DNA from: an uncultured Planctomycetota bacterium
GTDB taxonomy: Bacteria; Planctomycetota; JBBTDB01
Assembly: GCA_964530615.1 (NCBI GenBank)
Contig: CAZHAR010000001.1
Span: forward strand, 12,420 to 76,419
Reading direction: 5' to 3'
Length of the DNA: 64,000 nucleotides
Shown: one piece after another, positions 1 to 9,479 of the stretch
How the letters are laid out: each line of letters opens with the position of its first letter
Numbering within the stretch: position 1 is the stretch's first letter
Position numbers and translations under genes: made by a program
The notes under the pieces: generated by a model
Database searches by the model: none
What the model saw: only the letters and a program-made list of their open reading frames with translations
What the model was told of the DNA's origin: nothing

Positions 1-1329
1 ATGGTTCTAAAAACCGGAGAATCCGTCGTAAGCGAAAATGCACTGCAAGATCCACTCTTTTCCCAATTTCCCTCCGTACGAGATTTTCAATTGGTTTCGA
101 TCCTCTGTGTTCCAATTCTCTCTCAAAAAAAGGCCGTAGGGGTTTTGTTTGTTGAAAATCGCAATATTTCCAGCCTTTTTACGGAAGCGAGTCTAAAAAC
201 TGTTGAAGCCTACGCGCATCAATTTGCGTTGGCCCTCCGTAAATCAGAACTGATTGAAGAAAATAAGGAAAAAGCAACTCTTCTGGAAGTACTAAATCAA
301 AAGCTAGAACAAAAGGTTCTTCAACAAGAAATCGATTTGACGGAAGCCGCTCGATTGATTGCGGAACAAAATGCGGAACTCTCAAAACGGTATTCGTTTC
401 ACCAAATGATTGGCCATTCTCCAGCCATACAATTCGCGTTTCAACGGATGATTCAATGCGCCAAAACAGACCTTCCTGTGCTCATCACTGGAGAAAGTGG
501 CACCGGAAAAGAATTGGCCGCGAAAGCTATCCATTATTCGAGCCCTCGAAATCAAAAAATTTTTCTGGCTGAAAATTGCGCGGGTTTATCTGAAAATGTC
601 CTTGAAAGCGAACTTTTTGGACATGAAAAAGGAGCCTTTACTGGAGCCATAACCACTAGAAAAGGACTTTTTGAACTGGCCCATGAAGGAACTCTCTTTC
701 TTGATGAAATTGGAGAAACATCACTCAATCTCCAAAAAAAATTACTTCGGGTGCTTCAGGAAGGAACTTTTCGTCGCGTGGGCGGAGAAAAAGTGCTTCA
801 AATCAATGTTCGGATCATTACCGCCACCAATAAGCGACTCGAAAATTTGGTCCAAGAAGGGCAGTTTCGGGAAGATCTCTTCTATCGACTTTCCGTGTTA
901 CGCGTGGATATGCCCCCGTTGCGCGAACGAGAAGAAGATATTGAACTGTTGGTCCCTCATTTTCTTCAAGAAATCGCCCGAAAAAATCAATGCGCTCCCA
1001 AAAAAATTTCGCGGACCGTGTTAAATTACCTTCGACAAAAAAACTGGCCCGGAAATATTCGCCAACTTTTTAACTATTTGCAAAGACTCGTCGCTTTTAC
1101 AGAAGGCGAGATGATCGATCAGATTGAAGCGATGGAAGAAATCCCCTCGTCTTCTTCTGGAACCTTACAAATCGAATTAAAAAAATTCCCGGAAATGCTC
1201 GAAAATCTTGAACGGATGGCGATTGATTTTTCTTTAAAAAAATGCAACGGGAATAAGACAAAAGCCGCGGAACTTCTTGGAATTTCCCGCTATACGTTAT
1301 TAAGAAAGATTCAAAAAATTGAAGACTGA
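1..1329 (+). CDS. Sigma-54-dependent transcriptional activator (NtrC family), 5'-partial: GAF-like N-terminus, AAA+ sigma-54 interaction domain, C-terminal Fis-type HTH
   Basis: Walker A GESGTGKE and sigma-54 contact motif GAFTGA seen directly. C-terminal HTH ...AAELLGISRYTLLRKI. The ORF runs to the window edge, so the true start is probably upstream. Confidence 0.85.
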   Translation: MVLKTGESVVSENALQDPLFSQFPSVRDFQLVSILCVPILSQKKAVGVLFVENRNISSLFTEASLKTVEAYAHQFALALRKSELIEENKEKATLLEVLNQKLEQKVLQQEIDLTEAARLIAEQNAELSKRYSFHQMIGHSPAIQFAFQRMIQCAKTDLPVLITGESGTGKELAAKAIHYSSPRNQKIFLAENCAGLSENVLESELFGHEKGAFTGAITTRKGLFELAHEGTLFLDEIGETSLNLQKKLLRVLQEGTFRRVGGEKVLQINVRIITATNKRLENLVQEGQFREDLFYRLSVLRVDMPPLREREEDIELLVPHFLQEIARKNQCAPKKISRTVLNYLRQKNWPGNIRQLFNYLQRLVAFTEGEMIDQIEAMEEIPSSSSGTLQIELKKFPEMLENLERMAIDFSLKKCNGNKTKAAELLGISRYTLLRKIQKIED

Positions 1330-2407
1330 TCCCCCACGTTCTATTCTTGTCGCTTGTCCTAAATGGGTCGGAGATGTGATCATGGCGACCCCGTTTCTCC
1401 GCGATCTTCAGACCTCTTTTCCCCACGCCAAAATCAGTCTTTTGATGAAGAAACATTTTCGCAAGATCCTTCAACATACTCCGGGGATTGAAGCGTTTTA
1501 TGAGTGGCCCTCTGGATATCGTGAAACAGGGGCTTTAATACGTCAACTGAGGAAAATCTCTTTTGATCGGGGCTACCTATTAACCAATTCCTTTTCGTCC
1601 GCACTATTTTTCTTTTTGCTAAAAATAAAGGAACGTATTGGTTATGCACGCGATGGGAGACGTTTTTTATTAACGCAACACTTGTCGCCTAAAAAAGAAC
1701 AGGGCCGTTTTCTTCCGGTGTCGATGGTCGACTATTATCAGGATCTTTTAAAATTAACGGCTGTCCCCCTTGGCCCTCGAGAGGTCCGAATTTATTACTC
1801 TGAAGCGGAACGAGAGGAAGCGACTCTTTTTTTAAAGAAGATCGGAATCGATCCTCAAAAACCTTTTGTTCTGTTGAATCCGGGCGCGGCGTTTGGATCC
1901 GCAAAATGTTGGCCCCCTTCGTATTTTGCGGAACTCGGAGATCGGCTTGTTCAAGAACTAGTCTGTCAAATTCTTATCCTGTGTGGCCCGGACCCGCATG
2001 AACGTCAATTGGCTCAAGACATTCAGAAAAAAATGCAACACCTCGCAGTGAGTACTCATGAAAATATCATTACCCTTTCGTTATTAAAACCCGTTGTTGC
2101 GTTTTCGTCTCTGTTAATTACTAATGATTCCGGCCCACGTCATTACGCCACGGCCCTTCGGGTGCCCTCAGTGACTATTTTTGGCTCCACCCACCAACAA
2201 TGGACCGACTATGATCAACCCGAAGCGACCCGATTACAAAAGGAAGTTCCCTGTGGCCCTTGTATGCAAAGGATCTGTCCAGAAGTCCTGAACGGCAGAC
2301 GGCACCTCTGTATGGAACTTGTCACACCCGAAGAAGTTTTTCAAGCTGCGAAACACCTCTTTTTCTCGAAAAAAAAACCCCATGAAATATCCTTGGATTC
2401 AAATTAA
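1319..2407 (+). CDS. ADP-heptose:LPS heptosyltransferase (glycosyltransferase family 9, WaaF/WaaC-like)
   Basis: N-terminal ILVACPKWVGDVIMATPF and LLNPGAAFGSAKCWP motifs are typical of GT9 heptosyltransferases. Apparent TTG start overlaps the stop of the upstream regulator. Confidence 0.75.
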   Translation: MKTDPPRSILVACPKWVGDVIMATPFLRDLQTSFPHAKISLLMKKHFRKILQHTPGIEAFYEWPSGYRETGALIRQLRKISFDRGYLLTNSFSSALFFFLLKIKERIGYARDGRRFLLTQHLSPKKEQGRFLPVSMVDYYQDLLKLTAVPLGPREVRIYYSEAEREEATLFLKKIGIDPQKPFVLLNPGAAFGSAKCWPPSYFAELGDRLVQELVCQILILCGPDPHERQLAQDIQKKMQHLAVSTHENIITLSLLKPVVAFSSLLITNDSGPRHYATALRVPSVTIFGSTHQQWTDYDQPEATRLQKEVPCGPCMQRICPEVLNGRRHLCMELVTPEEVFQAAKHLFFSKKKPHEISLDSN

Positions 2408-4004
2408 TCCACTCTTTAAAGAAATTTTAGAGCCACAACTGAATCACTACAAGGCCTTCTTATCCTTTGAACAAGGCCAACTTATCACCGTGTCAGGTAC
2501 CACCAAAACGATCCGATTCTCTTTACAAAATTATGAATTCTATCTCAAAACCTATACCTATCCCAAACTCATCTGGCGCTACAATTTTCTTCACTCACGG
2601 GTTCACTATGAATGGGAAAGCCTACAGTTTTTAAAAAAAATCGGACTCAATACCCCCACTGCAATTGCTTACGGAGAAGATCGAGGGCGACTCGCTCGAT
2701 TAAAAAGTTGTTTTATTATGACAGAGGGAGTTCCCGATTCGAAAAATATGGATCATTTTGTTCCTGAGTTTTTTCAACGCACACGAAACTCCGCTTGGCG
2801 ACAACAAAAAAATCAGATGATCACTCAACTCGCGGAACATACCGCAACAATGCATAATCACTATTTTATCGCGCATGACTTCTTTTGGCGGAACATTCTG
2901 ATTCAAGAAAATTCAACAGTACGATATTCTTTTATTGATTGCCCGAAGGGAGAGCAAGCGGAAACTTATCCAGAGGTATTTCGCAAATGCCGAATGAATT
3001 GGGGGCGAATTAAGGATTTGGCCTCTCTGGATAAAACCGCTCCAGATTTTCTGACCCGAGTTGATCGCTTACGTTTTTTGAAAGCCTATTTAGCGGTTTC
3101 TCCCGATTCTTTTCAATCACACAATTTTCTGAAGCAGTGGCTCCCTAAAATTCACGATGAAGCCGAAAAATTAAGGAAACGAAGCGATCAGAAAAAACAG
3201 GAACGCCTTCGAATCAACCGACAAATGCTCTATGCTCCTTCGATGCAGTTAAAACTTCAGGAAAACGGGATGATCGACTATCCATCGATTCTGCTTGCAG
3301 AAGGCGAAAAAGTCTCTTCGCATGGAACCCGGAAAGTCCTTCGGAAAACCCTTCAAGACGGCTCGCGCATTTATATTAAAGTTTCTAAATATCCTCACTT
3401 GAAAAATACGCTTCCGTTGAAATTGAAGGGAATTGCTTCGGTATCGAGGTTTGAAAAAGAAAATCTGGATCGTATACAACAGCAAGGATTTCCAGTTCCA
3501 GAATTTGTGGTGCTTGGAGAAAAAATTGAATACGGACTAGAACAGAGTTCTTTTTTAGTTCTCAAAGAATTACCCCAAGCCGTTTCGCTCGAAAAACTGA
3601 TTGCTGAAAAAACAACAGAAGCGCTCTCTCTAGAAATTCCAGAGTTGGCTCTGTTTCTAAGAAAATTCCACCACTGCGGATTTTATCATCAAGATCTCTA
3701 TACCAAACATTTGTTACGATCAGATGGAAAATGGTTTCTTATTGATTTACAACGTCTAAAACAAATTCGATCCTTTACTCTTGCTCTCGCCGCACAAGAC
3801 TTGGCGGCCCTTTATTGTACCTGTCAACAAAATAAAATTCCCAGAAGATTTTATGTCCTTTTTTTACGCTATTATTTCATGCAAGAAAATAAGCCCATTT
3901 TCGGCGAGGAAAGAACAAAAGCGCGAACGCTTTTAAAACAAATTCGAAAACGGGTCCGAAAATTAATACAGAGAAAAAAAATCCAACCGTATTTTCAAAA
4001 TTAG
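2382..4004 (+). CDS. Tandem lipopolysaccharide kinase (Kdo/WaaP/InaA family) domain protein
   Basis: Two kinase-like halves, each with a catalytic-loop-like motif (HDFFWRNILI and YHQDLYTKHLL). It follows the heptosyltransferase. The start is placed at the internal Met (MKYPW) because the 2319 start would overlap the upstream gene by 89 nt. Confidence 0.6.
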   Translation: MKYPWIQINPLFKEILEPQLNHYKAFLSFEQGQLITVSGTTKTIRFSLQNYEFYLKTYTYPKLIWRYNFLHSRVHYEWESLQFLKKIGLNTPTAIAYGEDRGRLARLKSCFIMTEGVPDSKNMDHFVPEFFQRTRNSAWRQQKNQMITQLAEHTATMHNHYFIAHDFFWRNILIQENSTVRYSFIDCPKGEQAETYPEVFRKCRMNWGRIKDLASLDKTAPDFLTRVDRLRFLKAYLAVSPDSFQSHNFLKQWLPKIHDEAEKLRKRSDQKKQERLRINRQMLYAPSMQLKLQENGMIDYPSILLAEGEKVSSHGTRKVLRKTLQDGSRIYIKVSKYPHLKNTLPLKLKGIASVSRFEKENLDRIQQQGFPVPEFVVLGEKIEYGLEQSSFLVLKELPQAVSLEKLIAEKTTEALSLEIPELALFLRKFHHCGFYHQDLYTKHLLRSDGKWFLIDLQRLKQIRSFTLALAAQDLAALYCTCQQNKIPRRFYVLFLRYYFMQENKPIFGEERTKARTLLKQIRKRVRKLIQRKKIQPYFQN

Positions 4005-4011
4005 AAAAAAT

Positions 4012-4473
4012 ATGCTTGATTCTTATTCGACACAAGAACTTGATTTTTACATGAAGAAAGCGCTAGCGGCTTCAAAAAAAGCAGTGGGCAAAACCGAAGA
4101 TAATCCGCCAGTTGGATGCGTCATTGTTGAACATCATCAGATTCTGGCAACCGGATATACGCAACCACCCGGGCAGGATCACGCGGAAGCTCAAGCACTT
4201 CGACAACTTGAATCGAAAAATCTGGAACAAGCGATCTGTTTTGTGACCTTGGAGCCCTGCTCTTTTCATGGACGAACTCCCTCTTGCGCTCAAGCGCTTG
4301 TTCGCCGAAAGATACATCGGGTCGTGGTCAGTATTTTAGATCCGCACCCTAAAAATCAGGGCGCGGGAATTCAAATTTTAAAAGAGGCTCACATGGAGGT
4401 GATTCTAGGGATTCTGGAATCTGAAATTCGTCCCTTTTTAGAACCGTTTCTGTATAAAAACCCTCTCTCCTAG
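4012..4473 (+). CDS. CMP/dCMP-type zinc deaminase, RibD deaminase-domain-like (no reductase domain)
   Basis: HAEAQAL and LEPCSFHGRTPSC closely match the RibD signature (HAE...EPCSHHGRTPPC). Only 153 aa, so the C-terminal reductase half is absent. Confidence 0.65.
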   Translation: MLDSYSTQELDFYMKKALAASKKAVGKTEDNPPVGCVIVEHHQILATGYTQPPGQDHAEAQALRQLESKNLEQAICFVTLEPCSFHGRTPSCAQALVRRKIHRVVVSILDPHPKNQGAGIQILKEAHMEVILGILESEIRPFLEPFLYKNPLS

Positions 4474-4515
4474 AAGAGAAAGGGCAATTTATTGGAAACT
4501 TAAAAAATTATGCTT

Positions 4516-5238
4516 TTACGTTTTAGGCGTAGTCGATGCGGGAGCCTCTTTGCCTAAACAACAGGGATAGACAATTCCGGCGAGAATGGCGCCAATAATC
4601 GGGGCCACCCAAAACAACCATAATTGTGACATTGCCCAACCTCCGACAAATACAGCGGGTCCCGTACTTCTGGCGGGATTCACAGAAAGATTTGTGACTG
4701 GAATTCCAATCAGATGAATCAACGTGAGTCCTAATCCAATAGCTATTGGGGCAAATCCTTGGGGCGCTCGTTTATCGGTAGAGCCCAAAATAATGAGCAA
4801 AAACATAAAGGTCAGAACCATTTCCGCGATCATACAAGCTTGTAAGGAATATTTTCCAGGAGAGTGTTCTGCATACCCATTCGACGCAAAACCACCTGCA
4901 AGATCAAAACCTGCTTTTCCGCTGGCAATCATATAAAGAACTCCAGCGCCTGCGATTCCTCCGACCACTTGGGCAATAATGTAGGGCACCAAATCAGACG
5001 GCGCAAATCGTTTTGCCGTTAATAAACCGAGCGAAACGGCTGGATTCAAATGGCAACCCGAAATATGACCAATCGCGTAAGCCATGGTTAGCACTGTGAG
5101 GCCAAACGCAAACGAAACGCCAACAAAGCCAATTCCATATTGAGGAAAGGACGCGGCGAGAACTGCGCTCCCACAACCTCCAAAGACGAGCCAAAAAGTT
5201 CCGAAAAATTCGGCTAGAACACGTTGAGATAAAGGCAC
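4516..5238 (-). CDS. aqpZ: Aquaporin Z (MIP family water channel)
   Basis: Two NPA boxes (NPAVSLG, NPARS) and the AqpZ-like N-terminus [19 protein letters not shown]. Confidence 0.9.
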   Translation of the reverse strand: MPLSQRVLAEFFGTFWLVFGGCGSAVLAASFPQYGIGFVGVSFAFGLTVLTMAYAIGHISGCHLNPAVSLGLLTAKRFAPSDLVPYIIAQVVGGIAGAGVLYMIASGKAGFDLAGGFASNGYAEHSPGKYSLQACMIAEMVLTFMFLLIILGSTDKRAPQGFAPIAIGLGLTLIHLIGIPVTNLSVNPARSTGPAVFVGGWAMSQLWLFWVAPIIGAILAGIVYPCCLGKEAPASTTPKT

Positions 5239-5368
5239 TTCATAATCTCCTTAAAAAAAAATTTGATTGCATACCCATTAAAGAAAACTTAAGAAAAATT
5301 AAATATTGCATAAAACAGGGAGGATTATATAAAAATTATTTCAGTATATCCATTCTCAGGGAGGAGGA

Positions 5369-6739
5369 TTAGAGTTTTTTCCAGAGTTCCTGAAAATCGG
5401 ACTGTTGCATTTGTTCGTGGAAGCGCTTTAATAAAAGGGGAACGTCTGCTTCCGATTTAAAATTCTCAATCGCTAGACCTTCTTCGTAAAAGACCCCAGA
5501 TTTGAGGAAAGCGGGACTTTGCGAGATAATACAAGTGACCAAATCGGGCCAAAATCCGAGAGTGCCTTTGTTCCCGGGATCTCGGCTGTTAAATGTAAAA
5601 TACATGCCTTCGTGTTGAATGGCTTTTTGAAACTCTTTGACCTTGATATAAGTAATATTCCGATTCAACAACGGCATCTTCTGAGGATTGAGGAAGAGAT
5701 GTTGATGTTCTGGGGTCTGAAGCTGAAGCTTTTCGACCATAACACATTCTCCGGTAGTTGGTTTTTGGAGAAAGGCTCCGCCTTTTTGACCTTTTAGATT
5801 GAGAATAGCTTCCAATACGAGAATTCTTTTGGGGTTTTCATCCAGAAGCGTTTGTACAGCGGCGAGCCTTTTTACATCAAAAGCACTCTGAAGAAGCTTA
5901 TTGTCTTCGACAGGGAAAGCGCATAACAACTCACTTTTATCGAAGTATTCTAGCGGAGAGATTCCCACGATCGGACGTTCAGTGCCAGCAGAATTCAGGG
6001 TAAAACCCTGATTTTTCCAACTTAATTGAAGTAGTGGATATCCGTGTCCGCCGGGTCTTTTTTGGCCATATTCTTTCCATCCATTTTGAAAAGTCCAGCC
6101 TTCAATTCCGTCCTGAATAATAAAGACGATTAAATCGGGGTTGAATCCAAAAAAATCATAGCGTCGAAAGAGTTCTAAGACTCCCACTTTGTTGTCCTGA
6201 TTAATATGGATAATAAAGGGGGTTCGTTTTAAGGTTTCTTCTCCACCCAGTCGTTCCAAATCGAGACGACGCTGGAGCATTTGTCTTACCGCCAGATTTA
6301 GCTCTTTAGGGAGATCGGGATCAAAAGAATTTCCTTGAAAAAAAACTTTGGAGGGTTTGGTGGAAATGGGTTTCCCATGCTTATCATAAATATACGATTC
6401 CGATTCTTGGAGAATTTGCTCGGCGCGACTAGCTTCTCCGGCCCAGAGGAGCCAAAAAATCATTTTTCCTTGAACGAGAAACGCTTTACTTTTTTCCAGA
6501 GTACGGGGATCCGATCCTTCGCACCACTGATTTAAATGAAGTGCCTCTTTTGAATCCGGAATTTGCAAAGATTCTGGAAAAGTGTTCCGAAGGTTGAGAA
6601 ATGTTTCTATTTCTGGAAGCGCAGGGGATCGGTTCCCAAAATAGATCTGAAAGGACTGTTTTAAGAGGGATTCAAAATGATCCAAGACTTCTTGTTTGGA
6701 ACGCATTTTCACAAAGGAAGAAGGAAGGAATTCAGACAT
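5369..6739 (-). CDS. Hypothetical protein, possibly a UDPGP-family (UTP-glucose-1-phosphate uridylyltransferase-like) nucleotidyltransferase
   Basis: PGGHG and TPFIIHINQDN weakly resemble the PPGHGD and PLVLMNSFNTD motifs of eukaryotic-type UGPase. The N-terminal Gly-loop is poorly conserved. Last gene of a five-gene minus-strand operon. Confidence 0.3.
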   Translation of the reverse strand: MSEFLPSSFVKMRSKQEVLDHFESLLKQSFQIYFGNRSPALPEIETFLNLRNTFPESLQIPDSKEALHLNQWCEGSDPRTLEKSKAFLVQGKMIFWLLWAGEASRAEQILQESESYIYDKHGKPISTKPSKVFFQGNSFDPDLPKELNLAVRQMLQRRLDLERLGGEETLKRTPFIIHINQDNKVGVLELFRRYDFFGFNPDLIVFIIQDGIEGWTFQNGWKEYGQKRPGGHGYPLLQLSWKNQGFTLNSAGTERPIVGISPLEYFDKSELLCAFPVEDNKLLQSAFDVKRLAAVQTLLDENPKRILVLEAILNLKGQKGGAFLQKPTTGECVMVEKLQLQTPEHQHLFLNPQKMPLLNRNITYIKVKEFQKAIQHEGMYFTFNSRDPGNKGTLGFWPDLVTCIISQSPAFLKSGVFYEEGLAIENFKSEADVPLLLKRFHEQMQQSDFQELWKKL

Positions 6740-6752
6740 AAGTTCTTAAAAC

Positions 6753-7121
6753 CTAATCGCCTTTGACAAGACGATAGCTATCGTCTTCAAAATGTTGAGT
6801 GGAAAATTCAAAAATTTCGGACTCTTTCGCTAATCCTTCGAATTGGTGAATTAAGCCGGGATAAATATGAAACGCGTCTCCGGTTTCCATAATAATTTCT
6901 TGAAACGGATCGGTTTCCTTTTTTTTAACACGAAGGAGAATGCGTCCGCTCTGAATATGAAAGGTTTCATCTTTTAGTTGATGGTAATGTTGAGAGCATT
7001 TTTTATGCTGAAAGAGCGTCAGAATTTTCCCACAATACTCGGGTTTGTTCACAATCCAGAGTTCGTGGCCCCACCCTTTAGGAACAAAGGTCATTTGCGA
7101 TTTTGTAATTTTGGACAACAT
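6753..7121 (-). CDS. Cupin-domain protein (cupin_2 conserved barrel)
   Basis: Cupin motif 1 G(X)5HXH(X)3,4E(X)6G and motif 2 are recognisable (HELWIV...HYH...; PGLIHQFEG). 13 nt after the upstream gene. Confidence 0.6.
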   Translation of the reverse strand: MLSKITKSQMTFVPKGWGHELWIVNKPEYCGKILTLFQHKKCSQHYHQLKDETFHIQSGRILLRVKKKETDPFQEIIMETGDAFHIYPGLIHQFEGLAKESEIFEFSTQHFEDDSYRLVKGD

Positions 7122-7124
7122 TCA

Positions 7125-8381
7125 CTACTCCAAGGTGACAAGGCCAGCAAGCGAAGAAAACGAAAGTGGGTCAATAGCTTCAGTACTTAAGCCGGTCGCC
7201 AAAATCACAGAGACGGAATAAGAGCTATCCCCCAAAGCCGCTGTAGAGAGTATTGTAAATTCGACGGTAGCGAGATTTACGACCTCGGGTAAGGCTCCGG
7301 TATTGGTAACGGTAGTAAATCGAAACGACGAAAAAGTTCCCAACGGAGGATTATCTCTCAGGGTATTAAAAGCAAATGGTGCATCAAAAGGGGCCTGAGA
7401 GCCGATTCTTAAGCCAGTGCCACCATCTCCTGAGGCTCCGGTAAGGGCTACAGTCAAGACTTGTGGGTCAAAAGTGATTTCGACCGTAATTTCCGCCAAT
7501 TCGTCCGCAACACTGGAAACATTTTCTAAACCTGCAAGGATGGCGTTAATCGGAACCAAAAAGACTGCACTTGGATTTTGAGCCGTTAACGGAGAGCCAA
7601 TTGCTAAACGAGGCAAAGACGGAATTTGAGGAGTAATCGCATCGGTCAGTGTTTGAACTCCAGAACTACCGCCAGTAACAGTGATATCTTGAGCACCGAA
7701 ATCCAAAAAATCGAGATTGTCTGGCAACCCACCAAAGCCATCGGGAGCAATTTGTAACGGGAACTCTAGCGAAGTCGCAGAGACAAAAGTGACCGTACCT
7801 GCGGCTAATCCATCTGAAGGGCTAAAAGCAACCGTCATTGGAGACACAAAGTTGGTTCCAGTGATTTTTGCCAAAAGGGTTGTTCCGGGAATAGCGGTAA
7901 TGGATTCTCCTGTCACGATGTTAAAAAGGCTAAGGGTCAGCGCGTCAGGATCAGGATCAGGGTCAGGATCCGTAAAGGAATCTGGCGTAGCAAATTCGAG
8001 AGGAGGGGTTATCAGTAAATTGTCTTCAAAGTCAAAAATTCCGGAATGGGTTAATCGATAAAAATGTCCTGTGTTCAGAACAGAAGCCATTTTGATTTCT
8101 GTATGAGTTCCATCAAATTCTTGTGCACTCGTGACCGAGGAAATTCCTTGAAGAGCACTAGAAGCATCCGGATCATCAAAAGCCCCTAAATCTTCAATCA
8201 CAAAAGAGTTGGAGGTAATCGTCGACGTATCTTCATTGAGATTGACAAAGGTTACGGTAAAAGAAGATCCATTTGCCGCAATGGAACTGACTTCCAAACT
8301 GATCGGTTTATCCTCATCGTCATTTTTATTACAGCTGGAAGTACCCAAGACAATGATTAAAAAAATCCAGAAATAACGCAT
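7125..8381 (-). CDS. Lipoprotein, Ser/Thr/Gly-rich, with a PDPDPDPD repeat
   Basis: Signal peptide plus lipobox (LGTSSC). Low-complexity T/S/G-rich body. (PD)5 is encoded by GATCAG-type hexamer repeats at about 7944-7971. Confidence 0.5.
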   Translation of the reverse strand: MRYFWIFLIIVLGTSSCNKNDDEDKPISLEVSSIAANGSSFTVTFVNLNEDTSTITSNSFVIEDLGAFDDPDASSALQGISSVTSAQEFDGTHTEIKMASVLNTGHFYRLTHSGIFDFEDNLLITPPLEFATPDSFTDPDPDPDPDALTLSLFNIVTGESITAIPGTTLLAKITGTNFVSPMTVAFSPSDGLAAGTVTFVSATSLEFPLQIAPDGFGGLPDNLDFLDFGAQDITVTGGSSGVQTLTDAITPQIPSLPRLAIGSPLTAQNPSAVFLVPINAILAGLENVSSVADELAEITVEITFDPQVLTVALTGASGDGGTGLRIGSQAPFDAPFAFNTLRDNPPLGTFSSFRFTTVTNTGALPEVVNLATVEFTILSTAALGDSSYSVSVILATGLSTEAIDPLSFSSLAGLVTLE

Positions 8382-8472
8382 CCGAGTTCTCTTTCTTTAA
8401 ACAGACTCTGAAGAAGTTCTTCTAATAATTTCGTTCATTTTAAGCAAAAATTTGAGAATTGGATAGCCATAG

Positions 8473-9471
8473 TTAACAGATTGGAATCGGGAGCGTACGT
8501 CCCGGGGTGAGTGTTACTTTTCGGAACCCTGAAAATACTTCTCCGTCCCAATTTGAGAGGAAGCCTTTTTCTTCAAGGCAGAGACATTCCAGTTTAAGTC
8601 CGGGTTGATCCCACACTTGGCGTCCAAATAGTTTTCGTCCAAAAACAAGATTCGGGATATTAGCCACCACTCCGAACATAGAGAGATAACCGAGTTGACA
8701 GTGCATTTTTCCATCTTTTCCGAACTGAAAAAGACGAATGATATTCGCAAAGTTTTGATTATAGGCTCCGACGTTAATAATACGAAATCGTTGAATCGGT
8801 AGTTCTTCTTCATCTAGGAAGACTTTTGCCGAAGTCAGCCGAGTCAGGTCCTTACTATAATTCTTCCAGATTGAAGGAACCGGAATCAATCGAATAATCG
8901 CTGTGTTAAAAAACATCGACAAGACGCCTTTTGCGATAACCGCAACCATAGTCGCGGGGCCACGATTAGGATGACGGTAATATTTTTCAAAGAAATTGGG
9001 TCCGATCCCTAACACCGCTCCCGCAAAGCAGATTTTTTTAAAATGTGTTCCGTCCACCATTTCTGCATCGACTTGTAGTGTCGGTAACGAATAAGTTGGT
9101 AAAGAACCGGAAGAATTCAAGAGACGCATCAGGATTTCTTCTCCGGTTCCTAAGACCTTTACTTTATTATTCGCGCAGTTCATGGTTCCAGAGTTTGTGG
9201 GAAGACAGAGCGGGAATTTTTCGAGGACCCCGTCTTCCAAACATTGTTGAAGTATATTGACGACCCAATGAAAAGTGCCATCGCCACCATCAGAAAGGAA
9301 ATGGGTCACTTTTTCCTGAATAAAATGCTCCAGCGCCGGACGAATTTCCTGGAGCGATTGGGTGGTCGTCAGAATCCCTTTATTTCCAAGGATTTCTCGA
9401 AGACGATCTTTCCGCTTGGGATCCCGTTTATTCTTTTTAGAATAGGGATTTAAAATCATTCCAATCCGCAT
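8473..9471 (-). CDS. DAGK_cat / NAD-kinase superfamily kinase (YegS/BmrU-like lipid kinase)
   Basis: N-terminal ILNPxS...GGDGT signature (FLSDGGDGTFHWVVN). Confidence 0.6.
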   Translation of the reverse strand: MRIGMILNPYSKKNKRDPKRKDRLREILGNKGILTTTQSLQEIRPALEHFIQEKVTHFLSDGGDGTFHWVVNILQQCLEDGVLEKFPLCLPTNSGTMNCANNKVKVLGTGEEILMRLLNSSGSLPTYSLPTLQVDAEMVDGTHFKKICFAGAVLGIGPNFFEKYYRHPNRGPATMVAVIAKGVLSMFFNTAIIRLIPVPSIWKNYSKDLTRLTSAKVFLDEEELPIQRFRIINVGAYNQNFANIIRLFQFGKDGKMHCQLGYLSMFGVVANIPNLVFGRKLFGRQVWDQPGLKLECLCLEEKGFLSNWDGEVFSGFRKVTLTPGRTLPIPIC

Positions 9472-9479
9472 TATTTCCT

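Noticed and set aside
2319-2381. Upstream start (MSHPKKFF...) for the tandem LPS-kinase gene, overlapping the heptosyltransferase gene by 89 nt
   Set aside because: The internal Met at 2382 gives a 26-nt overlap and removes an unconserved basic N-terminal extension. The longer form is unlikely.
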